Part shown: piece after piece, positions 30,432-40,460 of the stretch
Layout of the letters: every line of letters begins with the position of its first letter
Position numbering within the stretch: position 1 is the stretch's first letter
Assembly: GCA_965216875.1 (NCBI GenBank)
Contig: OZ244207.1
Location: 736,001 to 800,000, forward strand
Source: Rubripirellula sp.
GTDB lineage: Bacteria > Planctomycetota > Planctomycetia > Pirellulales > Pirellulaceae
Direction of reading: 5' to 3'
DNA: 64,000 nucleotides
The notes under the pieces: model-generated
Told to the model about the DNA's origin: nothing
The model's database searches: none
Seen by the model: only the letters and a program-made list of their open reading frames with translations
Translations under genes and position numbers: made by a program

Positions 30432-32150
30432 CTAGAAACCGCAATACCAATGATTGGAAAAAGTCACTTCGCGGTCATCAGTCACAATGTCGCAATAAGG
30501 GAACAACGCGCGCAGTTTTTTCAGTTGTGCGTCGCCGACTCGATCCGCGTCGACCGCAACGGTCGTCAGTGCGGGCAGGCGATAGAGAGGTTGGAGGTTT
30601 GTGACCTCGGTGCCACGAAGGTCGATGAACTCGAGGACGCTGCATTGGACCAACGGGGTGAGGTCCTTCACGCCGGTGTCCTTCAGACTGATCATCGCCA
30701 GGTTGGGCATGTTTTTCAGTGGTCCAAGATCATCAACGGAGGTCTGATCGATCCACAATTGAGTGAGCGATTTGGAGCCACTGAGAGGCGAGAGGTCAGT
30801 AACGAGTGTTCGGCGGATGTCGAGTTCAGACAGCTTCGACATCTCGGCAGTGAAGTCGATGTCCGTGATCGGGTTGCCGACGATATCAAGGGTGCTGATT
30901 TCCCGATTGGCCGCCAACCAAGAAAAATCATCAAGCTTGTTGTTCTCCAACGAAATGCTCGTAAGCTCCGTCGCAAAGGTCGTGAGAACGTCTGGTTGGT
31001 TGATGGTCGAGTTGGCAATCGCTACGGAACGAAGCTCGGGGAGCTCCGAAATCGATTCGAAGTCAAAGTCCCTAACGTCGTTGATCGTCAGCGAGCGAAG
31101 GTTTTGAGCATTGCGAAGAAAACTCCAGTTGGCGACGTCCAGTTCAATGAGATCAAGCGAACGAAGATCGTTCATGTTGCCAATTGCCGAGAAGTCTTTC
31201 GCTCCGATCTTTGACAAGCTAAGTACCTGAAGCTGGTCGAGGTCAGCCAGAGGAGCGAGCGAGCTGATTCTGCGTCCACTCAAGCACAGTGTGTTGAGTT
31301 CGGAGAGTTCACGCAGCGGCTCAATGCTCTGTAGGTCACAGTTTCTGGCGTAAAGTGATTCGAGGATCAGGTTGTGGAGCGGGTGAAGGTCAACCACGTT
31401 CGTCTCTGAGATATCAAGCGTTGTGAGTTGATGCAGTTTGCGAATTGGTTTCAAGTCAGAGACAAGCGAACGTTCAATGCGCAATTCGCTCAACTGGGAA
31501 CACGATTGAAGGGGATCGAGATCGGCGATTGGGCAGCCACCGCAATCGAGTATGGTCAGTTCGTGCGCCCCGCGCAATGGGGAAAGATCATCGACGCGCG
31601 TACCGGCAAGGCTTACCCATTGCAGCCGATTCATGCGTCGGAGACCCTCGACGTTGTGTAGCCTCGATCCGCCGACGCTTAGCCATTGAACTCGATCGAG
31701 TTTTGAAAACGCATCAAGATCTCCGGCAGCCACTTCATCAAGGTAGATACTGTCGAGCCCCCGAAGCTTACCGATCGCCCGCAACTGATCACTCGTCGTC
31801 TGACCGAAACCGCTTACCGAATCGACATAGAAGACAAAGTCAGGACCTGTCCACTCGCTCAAGCGGTCGGCCCAAGTCTCTTCAGGTTGAGACGCAACCG
31901 GTGCGGCTAGGAGTTTGGTCAACGGCGGCTTTTCTTCGTTGGTCAAAAACGATTCGACCGAATTCAACCACGACTGGTCAGAATAGCTAATCGAAACATC
32001 CCCTTTCTCTAGGAATGCCACTGCAGCGACTTGTTCGTAGACTCGATTGAGAAAGAAGCCGATCACGATGCAGCAGATCGTCGTCACCACGAACATTGTT
32101 CGCAGGCTGACTCGAAACCATCGTCGCCCTGTTTTCTTCTGATCACCCAT
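30432..32150 (-). CDS. Membrane-anchored internalin-like leucine-rich repeat protein
   Basis: RRWFRVSLRTMFVVTT leader plus TM; repeated 22-aa LxxLxLxxTxVxDLxPL units. Confidence 0.92.
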   Translation of the reverse strand: MGDQKKTGRRWFRVSLRTMFVVTTICCIVIGFFLNRVYEQVAAVAFLEKGDVSISYSDQSWLNSVESFLTNEEKPPLTKLLAAPVASQPEETWADRLSEWTGPDFVFYVDSVSGFGQTTSDQLRAIGKLRGLDSIYLDEVAAGDLDAFSKLDRVQWLSVGGSRLHNVEGLRRMNRLQWVSLAGTRVDDLSPLRGAHELTILDCGGCPIADLDPLQSCSQLSELRIERSLVSDLKPIRKLHQLTTLDISETNVVDLHPLHNLILESLYARNCDLQSIEPLRELSELNTLCLSGRRISSLAPLADLDQLQVLSLSKIGAKDFSAIGNMNDLRSLDLIELDVANWSFLRNAQNLRSLTINDVRDFDFESISELPELRSVAIANSTINQPDVLTTFATELTSISLENNKLDDFSWLAANREISTLDIVGNPITDIDFTAEMSKLSELDIRRTLVTDLSPLSGSKSLTQLWIDQTSVDDLGPLKNMPNLAMISLKDTGVKDLTPLVQCSVLEFIDLRGTEVTNLQPLYRLPALTTVAVDADRVGDAQLKKLRALFPYCDIVTDDREVTFSNHWYCGF

Positions 32151-32225
32151 TTCTGCAATCTAGCACAGATCGATCGATTCGCGCCAAAGTCGCCGCTTGC
32201 TTCGGCGAAAGTTCACCGTTTGGGC

Positions 32226-32391
32226 GTCATGCGGAGCATGACCTGCGGGGCGGCTGATGGTTGATCGCCGCTGACAACGGAGCGCCAAGGTGCTCGCCGG
32301 TGTTTCGCACACAGGCCCGACGCTAGCGCGTTCGGCTCACAATACGAGCGGCAAGGTTTGGTTGTCATGCGGAGCATGACCTACGGGGCGG
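32226..32391. repeat. REP cluster: family C (GTAGGTCATGCTCCGCATGAC) x2 and family D (GTGAGCCGWACGCGCTAGCGTCGGGCC) x1
   Basis: 28-bp direct repeat at 32226-32253 and 32364-32391 with 1 mismatch; family D on the - strand at 32314-32340. Other copies at 53331, 45462, 53012 and 53183. Confidence 0.85.
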
Positions 32392-34099
32392 GAGCATCAA
32401 ATGGGAAGGGACCAACGGGGCCAACGCTCGACAACACCCTTTTGTACGGGGGAGCGTTGCGCAAGGCTTCGATTTTCTGGGGCGTGACCTCGGTTCCATG
32501 CAAACTCACGACGGTAAGACGCGGCATCTGTAAGAGGATGTCGATGTCGGTCACGTCCGTCCCTTGAAGGTTGAGTTTGGTGAGCATTGTGCATGCGCGC
32601 ATGGGAGTTATGTCGTCGACCGACGTACCAGCAAGACTCAGCGATTCCAGGTTCACAAGGTTCGCGAGTGGAGTGAGATCGGTGACCTTTGTGCCATCAA
32701 GGATGAGACTCTTGAGTTGTTTGCAGGACGCGAGAGGGGAAAGGTCGGAAATGGCCGTTTCACGCAAATCAAGTTGCTCGAGAGCTTGCAGCTGCGAAGC
32801 GAACAGTACGTTTTCGAGTGGGTTGTTTGCGATGGTCAGTTCCTTAACGTTCGCACATGCCGCTAGCCACGACGCATTGGTCATTCCATTTTCTGAAAGT
32901 GAAATGAAGGAAAGACGTTTCGGCAGAGCAAGGCCCGTCGCGTCAATCGCGGCGATGGGAGTGCCAACAACCGATAGACGGGCAAGTGATCTGGCTTCCG
33001 AGATCTGCCTCACGTCGAAACGTTTCGCATTCGTCACTTCCAGGTCGCGAAGGTTCGTGAGGCTTGACGCAAACGACCAATCAGTCACTGGCAATCGTTC
33101 AATCGTCAGCTCGAGAAGTTTGGGTTTATCGGCAAGAACGCTCAGGTCGCTGGCCGACATTCGATTGAGTCTCAATTCGGCTAGCTCTGTCAAGTTTGCG
33201 AGTGGGCTGACGTCGGACACTTCGTGGCCACTGAGACTTAGCCGCTCCATTTGCTGCAAGTTCCTAACGAACTCGAGACCCTCGATCGGGCAGGCATCCG
33301 CGTAGAGTTGACGCAGATTGTTGAGCTTACTGAGAGGTGCGAGATCACCAATCGCACAGTCGCTGACGTCGAGACTTCGCAATTTGCTTAAGCCATTCAA
33401 CGGGCTGACGTCGGTGATGCCAGTGCCCTTGAGCCAGAGTCGTTCCAGCTGACGCATCTCGGAAAGTGGCGCCACGTCGGTGATGGGGCATTCCTGACAA
33501 TTCAACTCGACCATGACTGTTGATTCACGCAACGCTTCGAGCGACGTGATCGGTCCGCTCAGTTCAATTTTGGTCAAATGCCTCTTGGAGCGTAGACCTT
33601 CGATGTCTTTCAGGTTTGGTCCGCCAATACCAACCGATTTGAGATGGTGCATTCCTCGCAGTGCGTCCAAATCGGAAACTTCTGAAATGCTGATGTTTAG
33701 CGTTTCAAGGTTTCTCAAGCCTTTAATGGGCTCGAGGTCGTCGGCGTTGAGATAGGTGCAGGCAAGTAACTTGAGACTGCCCAGTCTCCCGATGGCGGCA
33801 AGGTGAGCCTGATCGATTGTAGTGTTGGACACACTTTCGACGTTGAAGAAACAGTCGGGACCGAACCGCTGTGCCGCGCGTTGACGCCACGTCTCAGGTT
33901 GCTGCCCCAACGGAACTCGGGCCGCTTCTTCGTAGCTCAGCGATAGCGACGACTCCTCAAGAAATGCCACCGCCGCTCGCTGTTCAAAGACATCCTTGAG
34001 ATAGAGTCCCATCACAAGACACGATGCCGTGACAACGATAAACATCGTTCGCAGGCTCGTGCGGAGCCATCGTCGACCTGGTTGGTTGCTCGTGCCCAT
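32381..34099 (-). CDS. Membrane-anchored internalin-like leucine-rich repeat protein (paralog of 30432-32150)
   Basis: RRWLRTSLRTMFIVVT leader, EQRAAVAFLE, 22-aa LRR units. Confidence 0.92.
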   Translation of the reverse strand: MGTSNQPGRRWLRTSLRTMFIVVTASCLVMGLYLKDVFEQRAAVAFLEESSLSLSYEEAARVPLGQQPETWRQRAAQRFGPDCFFNVESVSNTTIDQAHLAAIGRLGSLKLLACTYLNADDLEPIKGLRNLETLNISISEVSDLDALRGMHHLKSVGIGGPNLKDIEGLRSKRHLTKIELSGPITSLEALRESTVMVELNCQECPITDVAPLSEMRQLERLWLKGTGITDVSPLNGLSKLRSLDVSDCAIGDLAPLSKLNNLRQLYADACPIEGLEFVRNLQQMERLSLSGHEVSDVSPLANLTELAELRLNRMSASDLSVLADKPKLLELTIERLPVTDWSFASSLTNLRDLEVTNAKRFDVRQISEARSLARLSVVGTPIAAIDATGLALPKRLSFISLSENGMTNASWLAACANVKELTIANNPLENVLFASQLQALEQLDLRETAISDLSPLASCKQLKSLILDGTKVTDLTPLANLVNLESLSLAGTSVDDITPMRACTMLTKLNLQGTDVTDIDILLQMPRLTVVSLHGTEVTPQKIEALRNAPPYKRVLSSVGPVGPFPFDAPAP

Positions 34100-34142
34100 G
34101 GCTGCATTGAACGCCTTTGATGGCTCGGCGGATCTTTGGTGC

Positions 34143-35768
34143 TCACACTCTTCGGATTCGGAACAGGGCGATCGACGTACACGTCATGGCGGTGATGAAG
34201 CAAACGCTCGCGACGAGGTAGAGAAACGATTGGATATAGAGAATCCATTGCGCACTTTCGCGTTCGAATTCGATCAGCGCTAAAACCGCAAGCACGATGG
34301 CCACGGGAAGGTAGATCCCCAGCGCAATAAAGCTGGTTTTCGGCAGCTTCGATGCGGCTACTTTGATTTGCTTTAGTCCCGAGGCCGCAATCAATGCGAC
34401 GAGCAGAACGGTCAGAATGTAGACGATTTCAATCAGGATCGAGAGGGCGATGCGTCCCGTTTGAGGGCCGAAGAATCCACCTCGCATGAGATAGAACTCG
34501 GCACCGACTTTTTCATTCAACGTCGGATAAATACGAAGTGGCACGTCAAGCAATAGGGCAACGCATGCAATTGTCAAACAGGCGATCGCGAGTCCGCGCA
34601 CAGGACGCACGACAACGCTGAATCCACAGCCGATGATGAGGCCCAGTACGCCGATGCTCATCGTCAGTCGCCCGTACCGGTACATTCGGGGTACCCAAAC
34701 CGCGACGAATTTTCGGACCTCTCTCTGATCGTCCATCAAGTTGAATTGTTTTTCGACGAGTCGAGAATGTTCTTCTGAACCCCAACGCACACCTTCACTC
34801 TGTGACGACAGCATCTTGGCACGCATTTGAAGCTGGATTAGCGACAGACTGAACATTGCGTTGCCAACGCCGACGACAACAAGCCCCGTCGTCATCACAC
34901 ACATACTGACGAAGGCGATCATCAGTCCCGCCCGTACGCCGCCACGTGGGCGTTTGCGAGCAGGCGAATGTGGAGAAGCGAATGACGGTGGCGCGGGATC
35001 CGAGGGAAGTCCAAGAGGTTCGGCGGGGACGTTGGGATCCGCAACCGGCGCGATCGGAGTGGCGACAACCGGCTCGTTTGGCACTGCAGGAGTTGTCGGC
35101 GCAGCGGCCTGACCCACTGGCATCGCAACCGGTACGGCAACCGGTGTTGCGGGCGCCACAGGATTTGCGGGTGCGACTGGAGAGCCCGTCCCAGGAGTGC
35201 CCGGCGCCGGGCGCTGGGCTGTTGGGCTTTGGGCAGTCGTTTGGCGTTGGGCAGTCGTTGGGCTCGCATTCTCTTCAGGCAAAAGGCTGACGGTTACTGA
35301 GCCGGTCGACTTGCCGCCTGGACCGACGCCAGTTGTTGGGGTGGCCGTCTGCTTTTGCGGACCATCAATCGCTTTGGCGACGGGAACGACATAGGGTGCG
35401 GATGGACGCTCCGGCACCTTCATCTTTGTGTTGCACTTCGGGCAAGAGACCACGGAACCAGCGGCCGCCGAAGACTTCATCTTTTGGCCGCACGGACATT
35501 TGAAGAAGAGTGCGTCAGGTTGTTTCGAGACGTCCGAGGAGGGCTTTGGTGCGCGAGGCGTTGCCGCCTTTTGGGAGGGCGGGGTTGGCTTGGCAGTCGG
35601 TTTGTTTGGTTTGGCAGGCGGTTTTCCGGCCGCTGGCGAGTTGGGATTGGACGGATCCGATGGGACCCGCAGCTTCTGTTGGCATTTCGGGCAGGTAACG
35701 GTGCGGCCGGCAGCGGATGCGTCGACACGCATGTTGGTCCCGCACGGGCACTTAATCACTACCTTCAT
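34143..35768 (-). CDS. Membrane protein with two N-terminal zinc ribbons and a Pro-rich linker
   Basis: CPCG..CPKC twice, P/A/T-rich linker, about six hydrophobic helices in the C-terminal half. Confidence 0.8.
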   Translation of the reverse strand: MKVVIKCPCGTNMRVDASAAGRTVTCPKCQQKLRVPSDPSNPNSPAAGKPPAKPNKPTAKPTPPSQKAATPRAPKPSSDVSKQPDALFFKCPCGQKMKSSAAAGSVVSCPKCNTKMKVPERPSAPYVVPVAKAIDGPQKQTATPTTGVGPGGKSTGSVTVSLLPEENASPTTAQRQTTAQSPTAQRPAPGTPGTGSPVAPANPVAPATPVAVPVAMPVGQAAAPTTPAVPNEPVVATPIAPVADPNVPAEPLGLPSDPAPPSFASPHSPARKRPRGGVRAGLMIAFVSMCVMTTGLVVVGVGNAMFSLSLIQLQMRAKMLSSQSEGVRWGSEEHSRLVEKQFNLMDDQREVRKFVAVWVPRMYRYGRLTMSIGVLGLIIGCGFSVVVRPVRGLAIACLTIACVALLLDVPLRIYPTLNEKVGAEFYLMRGGFFGPQTGRIALSILIEIVYILTVLLVALIAASGLKQIKVAASKLPKTSFIALGIYLPVAIVLAVLALIEFERESAQWILYIQSFLYLVASVCFITAMTCTSIALFRIRRV

Positions 35769-36053
35769 TGACCGCCTGCCTTTGAATCAAATCCCTGTAC
35801 GCATTGGAATGCGTCAAATCGCCGAACGCAAACCAACAAGAATTCTAATCAACTCTCCCTCATCTGTTACTGGCGTGTACCACGCCTGTAACCAGCTCTT
35901 TTGGCGGATGCAGGATGATTGCGCGGCTTATTTCAATTGACGCGCGCCAGCCAGGCGTTGGTTTGGGGCCTGCGCCGACCTGTCACGTAGGCAAGGTTTG
36001 GGCGTTCGTCCATAATTCAAAGACCACTTCAACAATGGATTTGCCACCACCCA

Positions 36054-36848
36054 ATGACACGACTGACATCGATCTTCTTGTGCCTCCTTGCGGTCACACT
36101 GCCGACTGCTTGGTTTGTCGGTAACCCCGCGTCTTCTTTTGCCGTCGACACCCTTACTCCGGCCGACAACAGCAAGAAGGGCCAATCGCAGGCCGACGCA
36201 AAAAGCACAGGCGAAAAAAACACAGGCTCCAAGAACACGGACCAAGGGCAACCGATCAGTGCCGAGCAAGCACTTGAGATCCTCAAGGCTGGTAACGAGC
36301 GGTTTATCAAAGGGACGCCCAAGCATCCCCACGAGGGCAAACGGTGGCGCGAAAAGCTCGCCGCTGGGCAGCATCCGATCGCAACGGTCCTCGGTTGCAG
36401 CGATTCGCGCGTGACCCCTGAGTTGATTTTCGACGAAGGCCTCGGTGACCTGTTTGTGATCCGCGTTGCGGGCAACATTGTCGACGAAGATGTCACGGCG
36501 AGTATCGAGTATGCGGTCGAGCATCTCGACACGCACTTGATCGTTGTCCTGGGACACGAAAATTGCGGCGCCGTCACGGCTGCCTTAAAACATGTCGATG
36601 ATGACGAGCCACGCGAACTTGAATCGTTGGTTCAGCGTCTTCATGATACGATCTGCACGCACCATGATGGCGAACCCGATGTCGACGAGAATACGGATAT
36701 CGCAACGGCAGTTTGCAAGAATGTGCTGTGTGCCGAACGCCAACTCAAGAGTTGTGATGACCTTTGCGAGTGCATGAAACGGCATAAAGTGAAGGTTGTC
36801 GGTGCAATCTACGATCTCGACACCGGCCGTGTTCGTTGGTTGGAATAG
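36054..36848 (+). CDS. Beta-class carbonic anhydrase, probably exported
   Basis: GNERF, GQHP, CSDSRV, GDLFVIRVAGN, LGHENCGAV; N-terminal signal peptide. Confidence 0.95.
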   Translation: MTRLTSIFLCLLAVTLPTAWFVGNPASSFAVDTLTPADNSKKGQSQADAKSTGEKNTGSKNTDQGQPISAEQALEILKAGNERFIKGTPKHPHEGKRWREKLAAGQHPIATVLGCSDSRVTPELIFDEGLGDLFVIRVAGNIVDEDVTASIEYAVEHLDTHLIVVLGHENCGAVTAALKHVDDDEPRELESLVQRLHDTICTHHDGEPDVDENTDIATAVCKNVLCAERQLKSCDDLCECMKRHKVKVVGAIYDLDTGRVRWLE

Positions 36849-36910
36849 CCCGCCATCGCCGCGGCGTCGAATCGTTTTGATTGCGATTCACGAAGGATGA
36901 CTGCAGCGAC

Positions 36911-37705
36911 GTGTCTCACGAACAACCTATCGACGCCAATCGCAAGCTCTGGGATGTGCGCACGGCACTACATCTCGATTCCGACTTCTACGACGTCGAC
37001 GGTTTCCTGGCAGGCAAGTCTTCCCTGTGCGGGATTGAATCGGACGAGCTTGGGGACATTGCCAGCAAGTCTGTCTTGCATTTGCAGTGCCACTTTGGGC
37101 TCGACTCGCTCTCCCTCGCGAGGCTTGGAGCGCATGTTACTGGTGTCGACTTTTCGCAAGTGGCGATTGATGCTGCAAATGAATTGGCCGACCGAGCCGA
37201 ACTGAATGCCCGGTTTCTTTGTTGCGACGTTCTGAAACTCAGTGAGCACCTTAACGAGCAGTTCGATATTGTCTTTACCTCGTTTGGTGTGCTGGGTTGG
37301 CTTCCCAGCATGCGCCAGTGGGCATCGGTCGTGGCCCGTTTTCTCAAGCCCAGCGGGTTGTTGTACCTGCTTGAATTCGACCGACACTTCATTCAGCTCA
37401 ATGAAGGTGGCTTCATCGCCTATGACTACTTTCATCGCAATCAACCTGACAAAGAAGTCGTAACCGACACCTACGCGGATCAGAAAACACACGAGCCGAT
37501 GGATGAGTTTTGGTGGAACCACAGCATGGCTGACATCCTCAACGGCCTCATTGAAGCGGGTCTGCGCATCGAATCGCTTGCCGAGTTTCCGTACTCACCG
37601 TACCGCTTGCACGACGGTATGGTCGAAGCGGGACCGGGCCGCTGGGTGCATCGAGAGATTGGTGAGAAGATTCCCTACATGTTTTCGATACGAGCCACAA
37701 AATGA
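36911..37705 (+). CDS. Class I SAM-dependent methyltransferase
   Basis: VLHLQCHFG, VTGVDFS, FDIVFTSFGVLGW, LKPSG. GTG start at 36911 chosen from AAGGA upstream. Confidence 0.9.
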   Translation: MSHEQPIDANRKLWDVRTALHLDSDFYDVDGFLAGKSSLCGIESDELGDIASKSVLHLQCHFGLDSLSLARLGAHVTGVDFSQVAIDAANELADRAELNARFLCCDVLKLSEHLNEQFDIVFTSFGVLGWLPSMRQWASVVARFLKPSGLLYLLEFDRHFIQLNEGGFIAYDYFHRNQPDKEVVTDTYADQKTHEPMDEFWWNHSMADILNGLIEAGLRIESLAEFPYSPYRLHDGMVEAGPGRWVHREIGEKIPYMFSIRATK

Positions 37706-38238
37706 ACGCGACGACCATTCATGGCGACTTCAAGCGACTCGACGAAGTTGAATCGAAAACGGCGTTTCACGTTTGCCAGTTAAACGTTGAACGCGAAGAT
37801 GCCCGCACCTACTTTGGCACCGCGCCGCAGACGGTCTTCGTCGACGGACTCGGCGAGGCGGACCATTGGGCAGTCGAGCTAAAATGTGGGTTGGTGATCG
37901 CATTCCAATTTGTCCACCAACTTGAGGTTGGATCGGTGTTTACCGATGTTCCCTGTGTCCAGCACGTGCGACGCCACCTCAAACATTGGGATGACGAACT
38001 GGTTGAGGTCGCCGGCGAGCAGTCTTCTCGAGAGCATCAAGTATGGATCGAAAGACTATCGCCTTCGAATCCAATGCTGCTTGAGCTGACGTCGCATCAA
38101 GTTTGGCGTCAGGGCGACGACGGGAATCAGGTGAAGATCGGCTCACCAACGACCCTGCGCGATGCCGAGTGTTGGGTCGCAGAGTTTGAATCGCATCACC
38201 ACAAGCAGATCTATTGGGTTTCGCGCTGCAAAGGCTGA
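37702..38238 (+). CDS. Hypothetical protein with conserved-looking C-terminal WRQGDDGN...HHKQIYW module
   Basis: ATGA overlap with the methyltransferase; 178-aa ORF filling the gap. Confidence 0.7.
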   Translation: MNATTIHGDFKRLDEVESKTAFHVCQLNVEREDARTYFGTAPQTVFVDGLGEADHWAVELKCGLVIAFQFVHQLEVGSVFTDVPCVQHVRRHLKHWDDELVEVAGEQSSREHQVWIERLSPSNPMLLELTSHQVWRQGDDGNQVKIGSPTTLRDAECWVAEFESHHHKQIYWVSRCKG

Positions 38239-38398
38239 CACCTGGCAGAGAGACTGTGGTCTTTTTGCCGCCAGTTCGTAGTACCGAGCTTTAGCCGGAA
38301 TCGTCTCACAGACCGTCCAAAGGCTGGACGACAACCGGCGCGACTTGGCAGAGACGAAAAGACAGACGCCGTGCGAGGCGGCGTCTGCGCGGTGCCGA

Positions 38399-38845
38399 TT
38401 AAGATTTCGGCTCGTTTCGAGTTGCGTTGACGACGAGGGCGATCATCGTCAATTGCAACATGCCGATGATGATTGGCGAAACCTGTCGGATGTGGTCGAA
38501 GGTGCCTCGAATCCACTTCGGTTCTGCAGCTTCCTGCTCTTCGATCCAGTCGTTCAACGATTTCGTTGGCATGTTCCATGTCGAAACATGTTCCCAACCG
38601 TCCGCTGTCTTTCGCCATCCTTGGGGTGCGACGGCAACCAACCGAGCCATCGCTTCGTCGTCGAGCACTTCGACTGCGGGGGCGACTTCATCGGCAGTGG
38701 CCGAATCATTTGTTGCGACCCGAAAATTCGGCTGAGCTGCGGCAACCAACAGCAGGGTTGCGATGATACCGGTTACGGTCAAATTGGAACGCAACCATCG
38801 TCGTAGCCACTTGGCGTCTTCGGCAGTGAGTTGGAATCTTTTCAT
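38399..38845 (-). CDS. Hypothetical membrane protein
   Basis: Two hydrophobic segments flanking PQGWRKTADGWEH. Confidence 0.65.
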   Translation of the reverse strand: MKRFQLTAEDAKWLRRWLRSNLTVTGIIATLLLVAAAQPNFRVATNDSATADEVAPAVEVLDDEAMARLVAVAPQGWRKTADGWEHVSTWNMPTKSLNDWIEEQEAAEPKWIRGTFDHIRQVSPIIIGMLQLTMIALVVNATRNEPKS

Positions 38846-39230
38846 AACCCAACATCAATGCAACGGCTGGTCCAACGCCCGATTCGGGCGTCTCTGTTGT
38901 GTCGCAAGCCAAGGCGTGTCAACGACTTGCGATGCATGCCGCCAAATTGGCCCCATCGGCGATGTTGCGATTTGGCAACGTACGATTCTGGCGGAATCAA
39001 CACGTGTTGTTTTTGGGCAACATTGCTTCGAGACGCGACGCCGTGGGGGCCGAATCGACAGCAGACGTTTAACCGTTACAGGCGTTCGCCGATGGGCCGA
39101 TCGTGACCGCGGTCTGAATTGGGAAATGTCTTTGCCGCAGGGGACGATGCGTCCTAGGTTTCAATCGGGTCGCAACATAGCTTGTGAATCAGGAGATGCC
39201 CGGGCGGCCCAGACGAGACTCTCAACCTCT

Positions 39231-40148
39231 ATGGACCACAACTCGATCGAGACTATGACGACCACATCTACAAAATCCCTGGAAGACGTCTTTCACGCAG
39301 AAGTTCTTCCCGCCCTGCCGCACAGCGCGATTTCGTTGCTGCAGTTGTCACAGAATTCCGAGTCGGGGCCAAACGACTTTGCCAAGCCAATCGAAGCCGA
39401 TCCGGGCTTGATGGGGCAAGTCTTGAAGTTCGTCAACTCGTCGTACTTCGGATTCAGCCGTGAGATCATGAGCATCCACCAAGCCCTGACATTGGTGGGA
39501 ACGCGGGCGATCACGAACTTTGCATTGTGGAACGCCGTCTTCAGCGTGATCCCCAATCCGAAGTTTGGTCCCTTCGATCTCAAGGCGCTCTGGCAAGACT
39601 CGCTGCGTCGCGCGTTGTTCGCCCGCGTGCTCGGTCGCAAGCTTGACTTGAGCACTGCCGAGGACTTGTTTGCGGGTGCTCTGTTGCAAGACATGGCGAT
39701 TCCGCTGTTGCTCAAAGAATTGCCCGAAGAGTACACCGATCTCGTCGAACGTCGTGCAGCGGAAGGTCGACGCCTGAGCGGATTGGAAAAGGAATTGTTC
39801 GGTTGGGATCACGCCGATGCGGCCGCCATGTTGGCTCAACGTTGGAACCTGCCCGAAGAGTTCGTCACGCTGATCGCACAACACACACAACTCGAAGACT
39901 TGCTCGCCGGTGGCGAGAAGGACCGCGGCGCGGCCTGTGTCGCCTTGGCCTCCCTGCTGCCTAGCTGCAGTGATTCTGATTGGGGTGAAAAGGAAGAGTT
40001 CACCGAGGGCTTCAAGAAACTCTCTGGCCTTGGAGATGCGGACCTTGCCGAGCTGTTTGGCACCGTCGATGATGCCACCAACGAGTTCGCTCCAATGTTG
40101 AAGCTGCCCATTCCGCAGAAGTCTCTGCGAGACAATTTGGAAGGCTAG
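39231..40148 (+). CDS. Stand-alone HDOD domain protein
   Basis: LPALP, IEADPGL..VLKFVNSSYFG, SIHQALTLVG, LFAGALLQDM, DHADAAAMLAQRWNLP. The ORF-track extension back to 38763 looks non-coding. Confidence 0.9.
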   Translation: MDHNSIETMTTTSTKSLEDVFHAEVLPALPHSAISLLQLSQNSESGPNDFAKPIEADPGLMGQVLKFVNSSYFGFSREIMSIHQALTLVGTRAITNFALWNAVFSVIPNPKFGPFDLKALWQDSLRRALFARVLGRKLDLSTAEDLFAGALLQDMAIPLLLKELPEEYTDLVERRAAEGRRLSGLEKELFGWDHADAAAMLAQRWNLPEEFVTLIAQHTQLEDLLAGGEKDRGAACVALASLLPSCSDSDWGEKEEFTEGFKKLSGLGDADLAELFGTVDDATNEFAPMLKLPIPQKSLRDNLEG

Positions 40149-40221
40149 TCGCAAATCGCTTTGACATGCCATTGCATTGGTCCTGCTTTGGCACAGTCAT
40201 CAAACAAGCAACGACAGATTG

Positions 40222-40264
40222 GCGGTGCCGGCGTCCCCTTGTGGGTGCCCGCACCGCTTTTTTT
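40222..40264 (+). terminator. Probable rho-independent terminator after the HDOD gene
   Basis: gcggtgc...gcaccgc stem followed by T7. Confidence 0.7.
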
Positions 40265-40460
40265 GTGCGAATATCGCTCACGGCACGGTCGATTTTCGCA
40301 AATCTCTGTCGTTGCTTGTCGACTCTCGAGTGCTTGGCACGTTTAATCGGGCAGCGGCTCTGCGCTACGTCGAAGATCCGTTCTTATCCAAGTCACTCCT
40401 CATTCGATGCCGCGGCGGGTTGTTTGCCAACGTGCCAGAGGCGAGCGCGAGAGTCGATCC

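Noticed and set aside
38763..39230. 156-aa N-terminal extension of the HDOD protein
   Set aside because: It overlaps the divergent gene and has a non-protein-like composition; the HDOD domain starts after 39231.
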